The translations under genes were made by a program, and so were the position numbers. The notes under the pieces are model-generated. The model was not told the origin of the DNA. It saw only the letters and a program-made list of their open reading frames with translations, and searched no databases. Below are positions 1 through 14,713 of a stretch of 64,000 nucleotides of DNA, one piece after another. Each line of letters begins with the position of its first letter. Position 1 is the stretch's first letter. Source of the DNA: Eledone cirrhosa (Eukaryota); the NCBI GenBank assembly GCA_964016885.1, contig OZ024741.1, positions 301,444,001 to 301,508,000 on the forward strand. Direction: 5' to 3'.

Positions 1-29
1 CGTAAAATATCAGCGTATAGTTCGTACTA

Positions 30-1985
30 TCCGTTAGGGTATAATGTGAGGCTGTAATACAGGAAAGTTTTATACAATTTATGTTTACAAGCCGAAATTG
101 CCTCAGATATTTTGTTTAAGATGTGGTCTTTGGCGTAGAGTATATCCAGGGCCTCAGCGGCGCAGAGGTCACATGGTCTTTTATTTCCGTTATACGATCT
201 AGCCCTAGCTAGGATCTCCCAGTGTAACTTTTATTGGGTGTGGTTGTCTTTTAGACTCCAGATATAAGCTGAAAGTGACGTCATATTCCTTCTTCAAGGG
301 TTAAGAAAAGAATGGGTATGCATGTAAAGATTCTGCTTGAATCTATTGGCGGTTAACCCTATGTAGGCCTTACGGGACGTGGGTGTTTCAACCTTACATC
401 TGTAGACAATGTTATTAGAGAGGCATTTCCCGGATAGGGGGCAGTCAACCCGATTCCTACAATTACAGTTAGTACTAACTACAGGGTTGCACGTGTTTCT
501 ACGGCTAGGTAGTTTAGCTAAATTTGAAGCTGTGATGTTATGTGCAAGGTTAGGAGTCGCAGAGTAAGAAATTTTAATAGTATTTCTATTAAAAATTTTA
601 TTATGTTTATGTGTAAGGAAAAATGCTTCATAATAAGGGAGAGAAAGATCTTAGCTAATGGTGTGGCCACCTCCATATTATATGGTGGGTTATACCATAT
701 AATGCGTCGGGTTCTATTTCTTCTAGGTCTATTATCGTACTCAGTATATGCTACCTTATCGACAAATCCACTCCGATCAAGAGCTTCATTGTAATATGTG
801 GAATGGTCGTTGAAAATATGCTCGTTAGTAGATAGAAGGGAAAGCCTCAAAGAAACGTTTCTTACCAGGTTCTTGGTTATGCTGGCAGGATGGTTAGAAT
901 ACTTACTTTTGTAATTAAGCGTATCATTCGGCTTTCTATACGGGGAATGCAAGCCATTCCATAAATTGACGGTAACGTCGAGGTAATTGACGACCGAGAG
1001 GTTGGCCTCAAACTGTATGGAGAGGTTGAAGCCTTTAAAGAAGGCTGTGAGTTCTTTTCTGAACTTGTCGCAAGCACTTTGTCATGTTCAAAAGATCGTC
1101 ATCAAGGTATAAACCACCGCCCACGTTGGGGAATTCTTCCTTGATAGAGAAAAGAAGGAAAAGGCCGATAAGATCAGTAACCTCCGCAGAATCGCTGGCG
1201 CCCATACTCACGTCGAATGGTGTACTATTAGATTTTTTAATCCAAATAGAGTCGTCGAAATTAATCAGTGACTTACGGGCATTGAGGATGACATCAACTT
1301 CGAAATCCCTAACCACTCTGAGTGTTTTAGCGAATTGATAGCTCTAAGAAGAAGTGGTAAAGTGATGGAGGTGTAGTAATTATTGATGTCGAATTGGATA
1401 AAACGGCAAAGTTCCTTTTTGCATATGCCGTTGAACCAATCAATCACCGCGAAAGAATTGTTGCACAGTGCAAGAGGGGCCAAACTTCTAATTTCAGGTA
1501 TAATTCTATCTAAAATCCTTTTACTAAGTCTACCTAAATCGGACTTTGTAGGGTTAATAAGCCGAATAGAGGGGTTGTTTCGGAAATTGGATTTGTGATA
1601 CTTCAGGGTAAAGTGGGGAGAAATAGGGTCCAGAGGTTCAGTCCGGTCCAGGATGTTGAGATCAGAGGTGAATTTAAACGCAGCATCGTTGATTTCATTA
1701 ATGACGCCCCGATTAGTTTTACGGTAATCCTTAGTTATAGCATTATGTAGCAGTTGATGTTAAGTACTGCGCTCCACTTGATATAGATTGCCAGTTTTGT
1801 CGGAATGGACGTGCACGCCATTAGAATCCTTAATAGAACGAATAATATTCTTCAGGTCCTGCTGCAAGGAATTGCTCCTACTCCGAAATTTGATACTCCG
1901 TATGAGTTCCAAGACATCATTTTCGAAGGGTAGCAATGCTGGGTTACTCGGAGAGTTATTGCCAGACAACATCTCCGTGAACACC
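30..1985 (-). mobile_element. Degenerate Naiad-type Penelope-like retroelement (RT + linker + GIY-YIG endonuclease), frameshifted
   Basis: Minus-strand ORF pieces read FIQFDINNYY, FDVSMGASDSAEVTDLIGLF, GLYLDDDL and IIWYNPPYN. Further translation by eye gives CNCRNRVDCPLSGKC, YIGLTANRFK and RPCDLCAAE. Confidence 0.9.
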
Positions 1986-1999
1986 TAATAGAATATTAG

Positions 2000-2228
2000 T
2001 CTACGACGTCATTTATACCATAAACGTGGCGTATTATCTTCGTTTTTTTCCGTTCTTTGCCAGAGAACGTTTCCACGAACCAAAGTATCGTCTTCCTGTC
2101 TTCCTTCGGTTGCAACGTTTTTTGAAATATTTACTTCTGCGTTCACAGATTGGCTTTGTTAGTTTCAGAAGATCCAGTTAAGGGTGAAAGCAGCGATTCT
2201 TTACTTAAACTTTAATCTGTTATCTTAA
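2000..2228 (+). repeat. Probable inverted pLTR of the 30-1985 element with degenerate hammerhead-like motif
   Basis: CAGAAGA-tccagttaagggt-GAAA at 2166-2189 resembles CTGAGGA-tccgttaaggt-GAAA at 7016-7037. It lies at the truncated 5' end of the element and ends in (TA)n. The matching arm would be outside the window. Confidence 0.35.
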
Positions 2229-2242
2229 TATATATATATATA

Positions 2243-2937
2243 TACAATGAAGAAAGACAAACACAGATATATACATATATGCGTTCAAATCACAAGCGAG
2301 GTAAACCGCCAGGGTAAAGAAAATACCGACTAAAGATAATACGGTTCACAAAACTCAATTAAAAGGATAAATTAAGATTTACAAACCGATTATGATAACT
2401 ATCAACATCCAGATAGTTTTGGGTAGAACTGTTTCGCAATCGGTGAATAGGGTTAAAGAACCGATGCTTTTAAATGTTCGGATCAATAATCACTCCACAA
2501 CTAAATTTCTCAGAAGACTATATAATGCACGTGTGTTAAGAAGAAAAAACGCATATGGTATAGCGTGCCTAGTGGGTCGAATAGAACGTAAGCTACTAAA
2601 AATTAGCAGCAAAAACCATTCAACATATTAAAAGCTCAACAAAAGCATAGGAGCTCAATTTATCAAAAGTATATATATAGAGTTAAAAACTCACAATACT
2701 CCCTTATAATCAAAATAGCTCAAGGAAAAGATTTTCCGAAACTTATAATACAATAGAGACAAACAGATATATTCATATGTGCGTCCAAATCACAAGGGAC
2801 GTAAAACAGCAGGATGAAATAAAATACTGACTAAAGATAATACGGTTCACAAAACTCAATTAAAAGGATAAATTAAGATTTACAAACCGATTATGATAAC
2901 TTTTAACATCCAGGCAGGTTTGGTTAGAACTGTTTTT
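2243..2937 (-). repeat. Non-coding 501-bp tandem unit (about 1.4 copies) with decayed hammerhead
   Basis: aaataccgactaaagataatacgg at 2321 recurs at 2822. The minus strand has gcatcgg...ccgattgc-GAAA-cag...ctatc/ctgcc-tggatgtt, but the CTGANGA core is decayed. Confidence 0.6.
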
Positions 2938-2942
2938 TAATT

Positions 2943-3021
2943 CATATCGCTATACCTACTCTACATCTCCCCATGCATTGAGTACTCCCATGATTAGTGG
3001 TCTGAGCACTGCACACACACA

Positions 3022-3072
<51 letters not shown>

Positions 3073-3295
3073 ACTATATATATATATAGTGAGAGAGAGA
3101 GCCAGTTTGTATGTGTGTGTGTGCAGTGCTGAGACCGCTAATCATGGGAGTACTCAATACATGGTGAGATGCAGAGTAGGTATAGAGATGTGTAAAATCC
3201 CGAAAGCAGTTTTGGGTTGTGTGTTCATTAAGCCTTTACAGGACTACTCCCTCGTAAAGGCTTGCTGAACACGGAGCCTGGAATTTTACATATCT
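2943..3295. repeat. Nested inverted fragments of a PLE-type 3' tail
   Basis: 2943-3030 is inverted at about 3095-3192, and 3187-3295 forms a second hairpin. Shares ctactct...attgagtactc with the Naiad tails at 38270-38300 and 53535-53570. Confidence 0.6.
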
Positions 3296-3303
3296 CTCTC
3301 TCT

Positions 3304-3622
<319 letters not shown>

Positions 3623-3624
<2 letters not shown>

Positions 3625-4830
3625 ATAAAATTAGTCCTTCATCAGTGATCTTCCAACCTTCATTGGTATTTCTTCGCTTTAAAGATCATATACCTCTGGT
3701 TGGCGCGAGCAATAACTAAAAAAAGTTATTGGGACACGTAAAATAGGGTGAAGCGAGTGAGACATGTAAACAAACATAGTTGGTAATGCAACGGAAAGAT
3801 AGGAAGAGGAGAAACAAGTCCGTGATATATATGAACTTAAGTTCGGTGAAATCATAGACGAGAGGTAAAGACCATCTGACATGGGCGAGATGTGAGCGAG
3901 AAAAGGATTTCACACAGGTCAAACGGAGGAAGTGAGAGAGGGGGAGAAGCAGAAAGTGAGTGAGTGAAAGGGCGAGGAAGAGGCCAGCTGAGAGAGAGTG
4001 ACTGGCTATACCTCTGGTTGGTGTGAGCAATAACTAAAAAGAAGTTATTGGGACACGTAACATAGGGTGAAGCGAGCGAGACATGTAAACAAACGGAGAT
4101 GGTAATGCAACGGAAAGATAGGAAAAGGAGAAACAAGTCCGTGATATCTATGAACTTAAGTTCGGTGAAATCATAGACGAGAGGTAAAGAACAACCGACC
4201 TGGGTGAGATGTGAACGAGAAAAGGATTTCACACAGGACAAACGGGAGGAAGTGAGAGAGAGGGAGAAGCAGAGAGTGAGTGAGTGAAAGTGTAAGGAAG
4301 AGGCCAGCCGAGAGAGAGCGACCGGCAGAGGAGGTAAAAAGAAGGTGAGAGATACAGAGAAAGGGGAAGCAGTAAGAAAGAAACAGACAGGTCGCAGCGG
4401 AGGAAAAAATATAAATATATGAAAAACGGCATGCTGCGTGGTTGCACATGGGTTACATATGAATAAAATTAGTCCCTCACCAGTGATCTTCCAACCTTCA
4501 TTGGTATTTCTTCGCTTTTAAAGATCATATACTTCTGGTTGGTGCAAGCAATAACTAAAAAAAAATTATTGGGACACGTAAAATAGGGTGAAGCGAGTGA
4601 GACATGTAAACAAACATAGTTGGTAATGCAACGGAAAGATAGGAAGAGGAGAAACAAGTCCGTGATATCTATGAACTTAAGTTCGGTGAAATCATAGACG
4701 AGAGGTAAAGACCATCCGACCTGGGTGAGATGTGAGCGAGAAAAGGATTTCACACAGGTCAAACGGGAGGAAGTGAGAGAGAGGGAGAAGCAGAGAGTGA
4801 GTGAGTGAAAGTGTGAGGAAGAGGCCAGCC
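3623..4830. repeat. Three-copy complex tandem repeat (shared core about 300 bp), family unidentified
   Basis: The core ctctggttgg...tgaacttaagttcggtgaaatcatagacgagagg...gaagaggccagc recurs at about 3695, 4012 and 4533. The head segment at 3623 recurs at 4463. Confidence 0.85.
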
Positions 4831-4895
4831 GTGTGAGAGCACTCAGTCCATGGGGCGAGTTAGGTAGAAGTGGTTACACAACAGTTAGTTCACCA

Positions 4896-4938
4896 TACCG
4901 AGAACAATTGTTTCACCTTAGCAGATCCTCAGCTCGTA
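4896..4938 (-). ncRNA. Minimal type I hammerhead ribozyme (GUU triplet)
   Basis: tacGAG-CTGAGGA-tctgctaaggt-GAAAC-aatt-GTT-CTCggta, with stem I cgag/ctcg and palindromic stem III CAATTG. Confidence 0.75.
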
Positions 4939-7009
4939 ATGGACATGGTTATACGGAACAGGAGGGACAACCGTACGAATGCCCATGCGCAGAAACCGTC
5001 GGTTCACACAGGTAATACTAAAAAGCGTGTGAGAGGTGTAAGGGAGATAACTGCGAAAGTCCGAAAAGTTTCTAGTTGATAAGAAAATACCACTTTCGAC
5101 AACATCACTTTCCGCCACCTGGCCCATAACGCTATTACTTCCAAATATAAGAAAGCTAACCCTATGACCTACCACGACATTAATACAGAAGTCAAAGAAC
5201 TTGCCGCCGCTCTTAAGGTAGATAAGAAGCTCAATCTCTACCTAAGAGGGAGGCGTCCCTCACCCTGAAAGATAACAAGGTAAACTTTACTTCTAACCCC
5301 ACATGTAGACTAATAAACCCGGCACGCACAGATATGTGACTAGTCAGTAAGGCCATACTTAGAAACATAGTTAAGACCATTAGGACCAAGTCCAACCTTT
5401 CCCAGTGGGAGAACAGCGACTCCGTAATTAAGTGGTTCAACTCCTTCAAATCCAAAAAAACGAAGTTCACGCAGTTCGACATTGTTGATTTTTACCCGTC
5501 GATCTCAGAGACCCTGTTAAACAAAGCGTTGGACTTCGCTACCACTTACACTACCGTCGATGGTTTAGACAGGGAAATCATCGCTCACTGCCGGAAAACC
5601 CTCCACTGCCGGAAAACGACTGAGTAGCCTGGGCAAAAAAGTCAACAACTTCAGACCTATTCCACGCCTCCATGGGATCGTTTGACAGTGCTGACGTATG
5701 CGACTTGCTTGGCCTATTTATTTTAGATATATTACGTGTTAGATTCCCGGACTTCCACACGGGAATATACCGCGACGACGGACTGACCTTATCGAGCCAT
5801 AAAAGTGTTCACGACCTCGACCGGTTTAAAAAAGATGAGCTTCTATCTTCATTGAGTTAGGACTTAGGATAACAGTAGCTACCAACCTCTCTAGCGTAGA
5901 TTTCTTAGACATTAATTTAGACCTTCGCACACACACCTACAGACCCTTACATAAGCTAAACGAAAAACTCAATTACATTCACAAGGACTCATGCCACCCT
6001 CCCACTGTTTTTAGAAACTTCGTAAATAATATCAGTACTAGAATCTCAAACCTCTCATCTAATAAGGCTATCTTTGACAGGGCAGCGCCCTACTATAACA
6101 CGGCGTTAGCTAACAACGGCTTCTCACAACCTATCACTTACTCTCCCACTATCAACAACAGCAATAAGAAAAGTAAGCGTAACAATAGACAAACTATCTG
6201 GTTCTCTCCTCCCTTCTCACTCAACGTTAAAACCAATGTAGGCCAAAAATGTCTAGCCCTCTTAGATAAACACTTTCCCATAAGCCATAAATACCGCTCC
6301 ATCTTTAACCGACACAAATAAAAACTAGGACACTCCTGCACTAAGAACATGAAGGCCCACATCACCAACAGCCCTAAGAGCAACATCCTACCAGGGTGCT
6401 CTTGCCGTAAGCCCGAAGCTTGTCCCCTTCAACAACAATGCAACACACCCGCTGTAATTTATGAAGCTGTGGTCACTTCCAACCGACACAATCTACCACA
6501 GGAGATCAAATCCTATGTGAGTATGGCGGAGGGCCGATTTAAGGAACGCTTCCTGAACCACCAGTCGACCTTTAGGTACCCGGATAGACGTTCATCCACG
6601 AAACTCGCGAGCCACGTATGGTCCCTCAAGGACTCAAGTATATACTACTCCATTCAATGGAAAGCCATCACTAAGCCCAAGCCATACGCAAGGGGAAATC
6701 CGTCGCGTGGATTATGTATTGATGAACGAATAAATATTGTAAAGAGATTATGCAATAGTGATTGCCTTAACACGAGAAATGAATTCTTCACACGTTGTCC
6801 ACACGTCTCGAAACACCTCTTACATAATACAAAGCTCCGGATTGAATTACAACATCCTAATTTTCTTATCAACTAGAAACTTTTCGGACTTTTGCAGTTA
6901 TCTCCCTTACACCTCTCGCACGCTTTTTAGTATTGCCTGTGTGAAGTGACGGTTTCTGCGCATGCGCGTTCGTACGGTTGTCCTTCCTGTTCCGTATAAC
7001 CATGTCCAT

Positions 7010-7052
7010 TACCAGCTGAGGATCCGTTAAGGTGAAACAATTGTTCTCAGTA
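7010..7052 (+). ncRNA. Minimal type I hammerhead ribozyme in 3' pLTR
   Basis: taccag-CTGAGGA-tccgttaaggt-GAAAC-aatt-GTT-ctcagta. Stem I is partly mutated relative to the 4896 copy. Confidence 0.7.
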
Positions 7053-7085
7053 TGGTGAACTTACTGTTGTGTAACCACTTATATA

Positions 7086-7143
<58 letters not shown>

Positions 7144-7147
<4 letters not shown>

Positions 7148-7350
7148 AACGAGTAGGACCCCGACGGCTGAGCTCAAGCCGTTTCGACGGCTAATTCTGG
7201 ACTACTAATTAGTCCAGAATTAGCCGTCGAAACGGCTTGAGCGCAGCCGTCGGGGTCCTACTCGTTCCTATTACCCACTCTACTACCCTAAGTATTGAGT
7301 AGTTTGGTGCGTTAGGGTCCATCTGGTTCCTTACCACATTTCCTTCGTTT
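7144..7350 (+). mobile_element. Miniature inverted pLTR pair of the main Naiad family (both arms truncated inside HHR stem II)
   Basis: A roughly 60-bp inverted repeat centred on ctaat, followed by the roughly 80-bp family tail. Flanked by (TA)n on both sides. Confidence 0.85.
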
Positions 7351-7370
7351 TATATATATATATATATATA

Positions 7371-8276
<906 letters not shown>

Positions 8277-8909
8277 TGTGTGTGTGTGTGTGTGTGTATA
8301 TAATCTCCCCACCTATCCTACTCCTCTCCGAAGGATTTACTTGCTCCGACGTTTACAGTTTACATGTCTGCTATATGGTCATACATAGACCTATTATATG
8401 ATTGCGAAGCGATCTAATTTATCAAGCGGTTTTAATGTTGATATATTCGAAACTAGAATATTAAATTTGCATGGCATGTTGTATTTCATTTTAGCATTGG
8501 CGTGATAAGAGCTCTAACATAGGATTATTAGTCATAAAGAACACTAAGAAATAAATGTCAATGAATTATGTTCTGTATATCTTTTAGGACTGTGATTTAT
8601 CTACGTGTTCTAGCTTAGAGTGTTATTTGAAAATATGTATTTTCCATAATCATGTTCATAATGAATACTTCAGAAGACTGAAATGATTTTTCATCTAAAA
8701 AGTAAACTCTAATCATTATTATAAAAGTTTAGTTTTCCATTTTATTATTCATTAATCATAGCCTTCTTCGTATCTTCCTTTACGTAGGCGACAAGTGAAA
8801 CATAAAACCATCCTCAAGCGTCTTCCATTATGCGGACGTTCTTATAATTCCCAAAACATAATTTTAACCATTATGATATTTAACCATATTCCCTTATCAC
8901 AAAAAAAAT

Positions 8910-9315
<406 letters not shown>

Positions 9316-9419
9316 CGTTATCACTCAATGAACGAGCAAATCTCAACTTAAATGTGCAAATTTTACTTATTTATTTATTTATTTAATTGTTTAATTATTT
9401 ATATGTAGAAAGTTTTCTG

Positions 9420-9890
9420 CAATGAATCCCTAAATGGGATCCGACACGCAGCGAAAGGTTTTCTGACAAATTTCGCAATCGTGTCTAGAGTGTATTCAAG
9501 GTAAAGAGTTCTTCGCTGAATTAACCCCATCTCTGTGGTTTTTATAATGTTTCTTAATGCCACCGGATAATTTGTAACTTTTTTGGCAGATCTGACATAC
9601 AAAGTTTGTGTTCAATTCATATGCAAAATTTGGTTTATATTGTGCGATCTTAAATGGGATTCCAAACCAGCATTTGATACGCATACCCTATTATTACAAT
9701 GTGACTAATGAAAAAGTCTAACAACGTTATTTTCAACAAGGGAGAATGTGTCCTGTGTTCATGCAGCCCTTTTGAATTCAGCATATCTAACATATTTCTC
9801 CTTAAAATGATCAACACTCTATTTTATCCTGCATCGCCAACCTGTCTTGTCATGAGCTTTCGCTTCCCAGTTTATACAATTTAACCACAC
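9420..9890 (-). pseudogene. RTE-like LINE C-terminus with C2H2-type zinc-finger relics
   Basis: Translation by eye gives INWEAKAHDKTGWRCRIK, then FVCQICQKSYKLSGGIKKHYKNH and CEICQKTF, typical of RTE ORF ends. Contains stops. Confidence 0.55.
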
Positions 9891-10059
9891 ACAAGTACAT
9901 CTTGTACACGTGTTCAATCTCAGTCTACATCTCTCTAAAGTATTTCCAATCATATTATAAAATACAAATCAAAATCTAAATGAAAATGAATGGAAATAAG
10001 GACTTGGAAACCAAGGATCATGAACTCCGGCTCGGCAGGTCTCCCAGAAAACCATACCC

Positions 10060-10610
10060 TGGCTACGATCATCAGCCTGCTACTGTGGAAATCATAAAGT
10101 TAATGGAAATATATATATCGACGGTATGTTTCCATGTAACCGATTACCAGCCATACAGATCTGGTGTGGCTGGATAAATTCCAAATAAGTGTACAAATAC
10201 TGCAGCTTCAGTGACATTTTGTATCCCATAATTCTATAACTCTCAAGTATGTCTTCAATAAGATATTTGTAATTCTCCGCGTTATTCGTACCCCAAAACG
10301 TTGTTGAATGCATTCGAAACTCTTTTCTCCACCTCGCTGACTTTTGTATCCAGAGATTTGAATCCAATCATGTACCTCACATATGGCCCGACAAACATCA
10401 GTAGAAGGTTTGCTTCTACCAACTTCGAAGGCATTGATTATATGTCAGTATGGGCTTCATCATTGCAATCTATGGCTGTGGCGAATTGTTCTTTTTTTCT
10501 TTCCAAGCCCAGTTGTATGTGGAGCAGAAATAAAAGGATTTTCTCCACGGGTACAAGTGAATCGGACTTTACATCTTCGGTGATTGGCTTGAGGACAGGT
10601 AACATTTACT
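10060..10610 (-). pseudogene. DNA transposase relic, Chapaev3/CMC-like
   Basis: KILLFLLHIQLGL...FVGPYVR and ENYKYLIEDILESYRIMGYKMSLKLQYLYTYLEF match a recalled LHIKLGL / FVGPQIR / MSLKxHFLHSHLDF motif series. The superfamily assignment is from memory. Confidence 0.55.
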
Positions 10611-11244
10611 ATTCCTGTTTGACATATTATAATGTCTATCTAATGATATATTCGTTATGTCTATTTCTACTACCACTTAAGCACAAAACGAAACGAAGCT
10701 TCGGATTTCTATACTGCAAGAACCCAAACATTTTGAAACCACCATAGCCATCTCAATTGTAGTCAACGTATTTGTTATTTTTTAAACTAAACAATAACAT
10801 TTTTGTGTTTCAAGTATACGACGTGATCAACATATATAGGTAGCTACTGATTGTCACTGTGAAGCAATATTTCTTTTAGACTGTTAATGTTATTAACGAA
10901 TGGAGATCACTGATTGGTCCAGTGTCTAAAACTAATTGCTTAGATGAGATATTTTAATTCAGTACAGAAGCACAACTACTAGGTCAATGAAGAGGGGTGG
11001 AGAAAAGCGGCACGCCATGTTCTGTTCTTCGAAGGTTTTACCGTTGTATCCAATACTTCCTTTTTTTCCAATCTGGACACACGTAGTTCTGCACCAGAAC
11101 TGCGTTGCGTGAGCATGGCCTTTTCTTTTTTCTTTCGCTTCAGCATATGCAGAAAGGAACCTAAGTATTTGAAAGGACTAAAACGTCATGTTTGTGCCAC
11201 TCAAATGTCAAGGGATGGCAAATCTCGACACCAAGATGCAGCCA

Positions 11245-11492
11245 ATATGCATGTGTGTATGCATGTATGTATGTATGTATGTATGTATGTATGTATGTAT
11301 GCATGTATGTATGTATGTATGTATGTATGTATGTATGTATGTATGTATGTATGCATATATGCATGTATGTACATATATGCAAGTATGTATGTATATATAT
11401 ATGTATGTATATATGTATGTGTATATATGCATGTATGTGTGTATGCATGTATGTATGTATATATATGCATGTATGTATGTATGCATGTATAT
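11245..11492. repeat. (ATGT)n tetranucleotide microsatellite
   Basis: Directly visible. Confidence 0.95.
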
Positions 11493-13109
11493 ATCATTTT
11501 ACTAATTTAGCATTTGGGATTATTCACATGAGTATGCGGTTCAGTCCTCCCGATCTTCATCATGGTCTGACATTTCGGTGTCAACTTCATCTGTTAAATC
11601 CCAAGTTGGAGAAACTGGAATTAGCAATTATTCTCCACACAGCAATGGTACAGTTGAAAAGGCCTGTTTGGCTACAAATTTTTCTTCCTATCTTGTAATT
11701 CTTTAAAATTAGATATGTCTGTCGTACAGAAATAGCAGTCATTTTGATTGTTTGTAAATTCTGGCCAGATTCTCGGAATAGGAATGGCATCTCTCTTCTG
11801 CTATCAGATCTCTAGAGCATATTTGCTGCTACCAGAGATATGAAGAGACCATGGCTTGCTTGATCTCCAATGTGAGTGCCGATTTCCTTTTCATATTTAA
11901 TATAATATTTGATACATTGCGGGTTTGATGTAATTTCCACACACATAACAAAAGAATTCAATTAATATCTTGCAGTGCCTAGAAACCATCATTGTACTCT
12001 ATCAAACAGAAAAATTAATGCCAAGTAGTCAATGGAAATGAATGTTACATATAAAGAATATTGAAACGCTTTGTGATTCTCCTTTTAATTTTTCTCTTAC
12101 ACAACCCTTACAGCTTTCGAAATATAACTTGTTTGAATTCTTGTAAAATACTGATCTGAAATACAATCTACAATAGAATGTTTCAGCGCAATAAAAATAC
12201 ATCATCAAATATTATAAATTTATTAGCACGCTGCTTCCTCATGCCTGCTTAAACAGTCTATTGTTTAACGTTCTATTAATTGAACCTCATTATTATATGG
12301 CGTATTGTCTCTATGAATATTTTAACAAATTAGCATTAGTAATGTCTACTATTTCTACTTAGAAACAGAAGTCTGATACGAGTTTAATTTCAACAAAGTC
12401 AATCTTACACAAGAATATAATATTTCTATATAACCACAAAATATTGATTCTGTTATGCAAGGGAGTTTACCATCGTTTTTAGCGTGATGGACATACAAAG
12501 AACAAAGATTTTAATAAAACAATTTTTCTTCGCAAAGGGACCTTACAAATAAATGTTATAGAAACTTTATCAAAACTATCCTAAGTATAGGTTAATACGA
12601 GAAAACAACTTAATTATAAAATTATTTAAATTATGTGTAAATACCAGTGTATTATATTTTGCTTATATTATGGTATAGTATTTTACATTATATTATACGA
12701 TACCATACAATAATATTTCGTAGCATAATATAGCATAATTATACTAGCAATCGAGGCGATTTTCTTATACGTTATATAATATATATATATATATATATAT
12801 GGGGAATGTTGCCAAATCAGACTTGCTCACGTTTGGTTCACAAGCCCCTATTGCATTTACGTTTTAATTTTGAACATGCAACAGGTTGTACTGGGTACAT
12901 ATTACCAGTAGGGCTTGAGAGCCACATAACACACACAGATACACACAAACACACATATATACACACTCACAAACACGCATACACACACATACATATCTAT
13001 TTACATAAATATATATATATAGGATCGATCGACTTTCGTCAAATCGGACCGAGGAAACAATGTTTTCGTCGGTCTTTCCAGTTGCTAATACTATCTATCG
13101 GTCGCAACT

Positions 13110-13255
13110 CCAGGTAGAAGTAGCAACGTGAAATAAAGTGTCTTGCTCAAGGACATAACGCATCGCCCGGTCCAGGAATCGAACGCACAACCTCAAGATT
13201 GGGAATCCAATTTTCTAGATTGGGAATCCAATTTTCTAACCACTGAGCCACACAC
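13110..13255 (-). mobile_element. tRNA-derived CORE-type SINE fragment
   Basis: Reverse complement has A box TGGCTCAGTGG, B box GTTCGATTCC and core TGTCCTTGAGCAAGACACTTTATTTCAC. There is an internal roughly 21-bp tandem duplication. Confidence 0.75.
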
Positions 13256-13315
13256 ATTCACTATATATGTGTATATATATATATATATGTGTGTGTGTAT
13301 ATATATATATATATA

Positions 13316-13349
<34 letters not shown>

Positions 13350-13535
13350 GATAAATCTACCAAGAGTTTACGGTAGTGTCCAATCCGTATGAAGAACTCA
13401 ATGTATTCCGGATATCATGGAAAGAAGAGATGTAATGAAAATCCACTTTCGGTGAAAGATAAACGGTATACAGAGTCAAGATAAAATATTAAACAAATAA
13501 TGAATAAAACAATTCCTTATATTAAACAAAAAAAG

Positions 13536-13690
13536 TTCATTATTTAACGATCGTTTCTAGGGTATATATGTGTTATAATTGGTATGCATATTCAACAGAT
13601 CTATGTACAAAATTATACAAAATTATACAAATTATCAAGATTAAATATACATACCTAACACATATATACGCCGTCTTCAGAAATAATGAA
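13536..13690 (-). ncRNA. Hammerhead ribozyme with about 116-nt stem II insertion
   Basis: Mirror copy of 22877-23031. Confidence 0.8.
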
Positions 13691-14509
13691 GTATATTTAT
13701 TGATAATAACAACAATTCAAAATATCAGTTCAAAATTGACCAATGAAAACACAAAGGGTTAAAAGCAGTTCGGTGTGTGTATATACATGTAAAATCCTTA
13801 CACATATTTTACAAAAATGTGTGTATAATTTGTATACGCATACTAAAAAGATGGATGCAAACACAAAATTTCAAGGTTAATATCTCTGTAAGCTTAATGC
13901 GCTGATAAGATGTGCATTGATACTTATGGAGTCAAGCATATAAATATATTTTTTCATACTCACACATATCAGTATAATCACACATACATGCGCGTATATG
14001 CCTAAATATACACATAACCACGAACATACAAACACACACACTCCCCCACTCACATTTATATATGTGGATATAAAATCATAAGCACATAGAAATTAAATCA
14101 CTCACATAAAACACTGGCACACACATTTCAAGATCAAGATACAGAAATTAGGTGGGAGGGGGGGAGGAGGGGGAAGGGTCAGTATTCAATTGTCTGAGCA
14201 GACTGCCTAATATAAATGTATCTATAAATTAAGAAAAATAAAAAAATAAAACAATAAAATATAAAATAATATACATACACATACAGATATATATACACAC
14301 ATACATACATGTACGCGCACATAGAGATATTTACGCATACACATATACACACATACATATACAGTCATACACACACATACACTTACACGAACATACACAT
14401 ACACATATAAAAAGATATATATATACACACACACACGCGCAACACATACACACATACACATATATATAAAAAATAGATAATAAAGATATATATCCATATA
14501 TATATATAT

Positions 14510-14578
<69 letters not shown>

Positions 14579-14667
14579 TATACACATACATACACATACA
14601 TCTAAATATACATACACATACATACACACATACATGTACATACATGTACATACATATACGCACATCG

Positions 14668-14713
<46 letters not shown>

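Larger units (their letters stand above)
4841..7080 (+). mobile_element. Degenerate Naiad-type PLE with 5' inverted pLTR (4869-5087 vs 6861-7080)
   Basis: ORF motifs MGSFDSADVCDLLGLF, GIYRDDGL, CSCRKPEACPL, YVSMAEGRFKERF and CLNTRNEF. There is a roughly 220-bp inverted terminal repeat, and the element ends in (TA)n. Confidence 0.92.

Noticed and set aside
7155-7205. Twister-ribozyme-like CAAGCC...CTAATTC string
   Set aside because: It is the antisense of the hammerhead stem II/III region, and twister pseudoknot pairings are not present.
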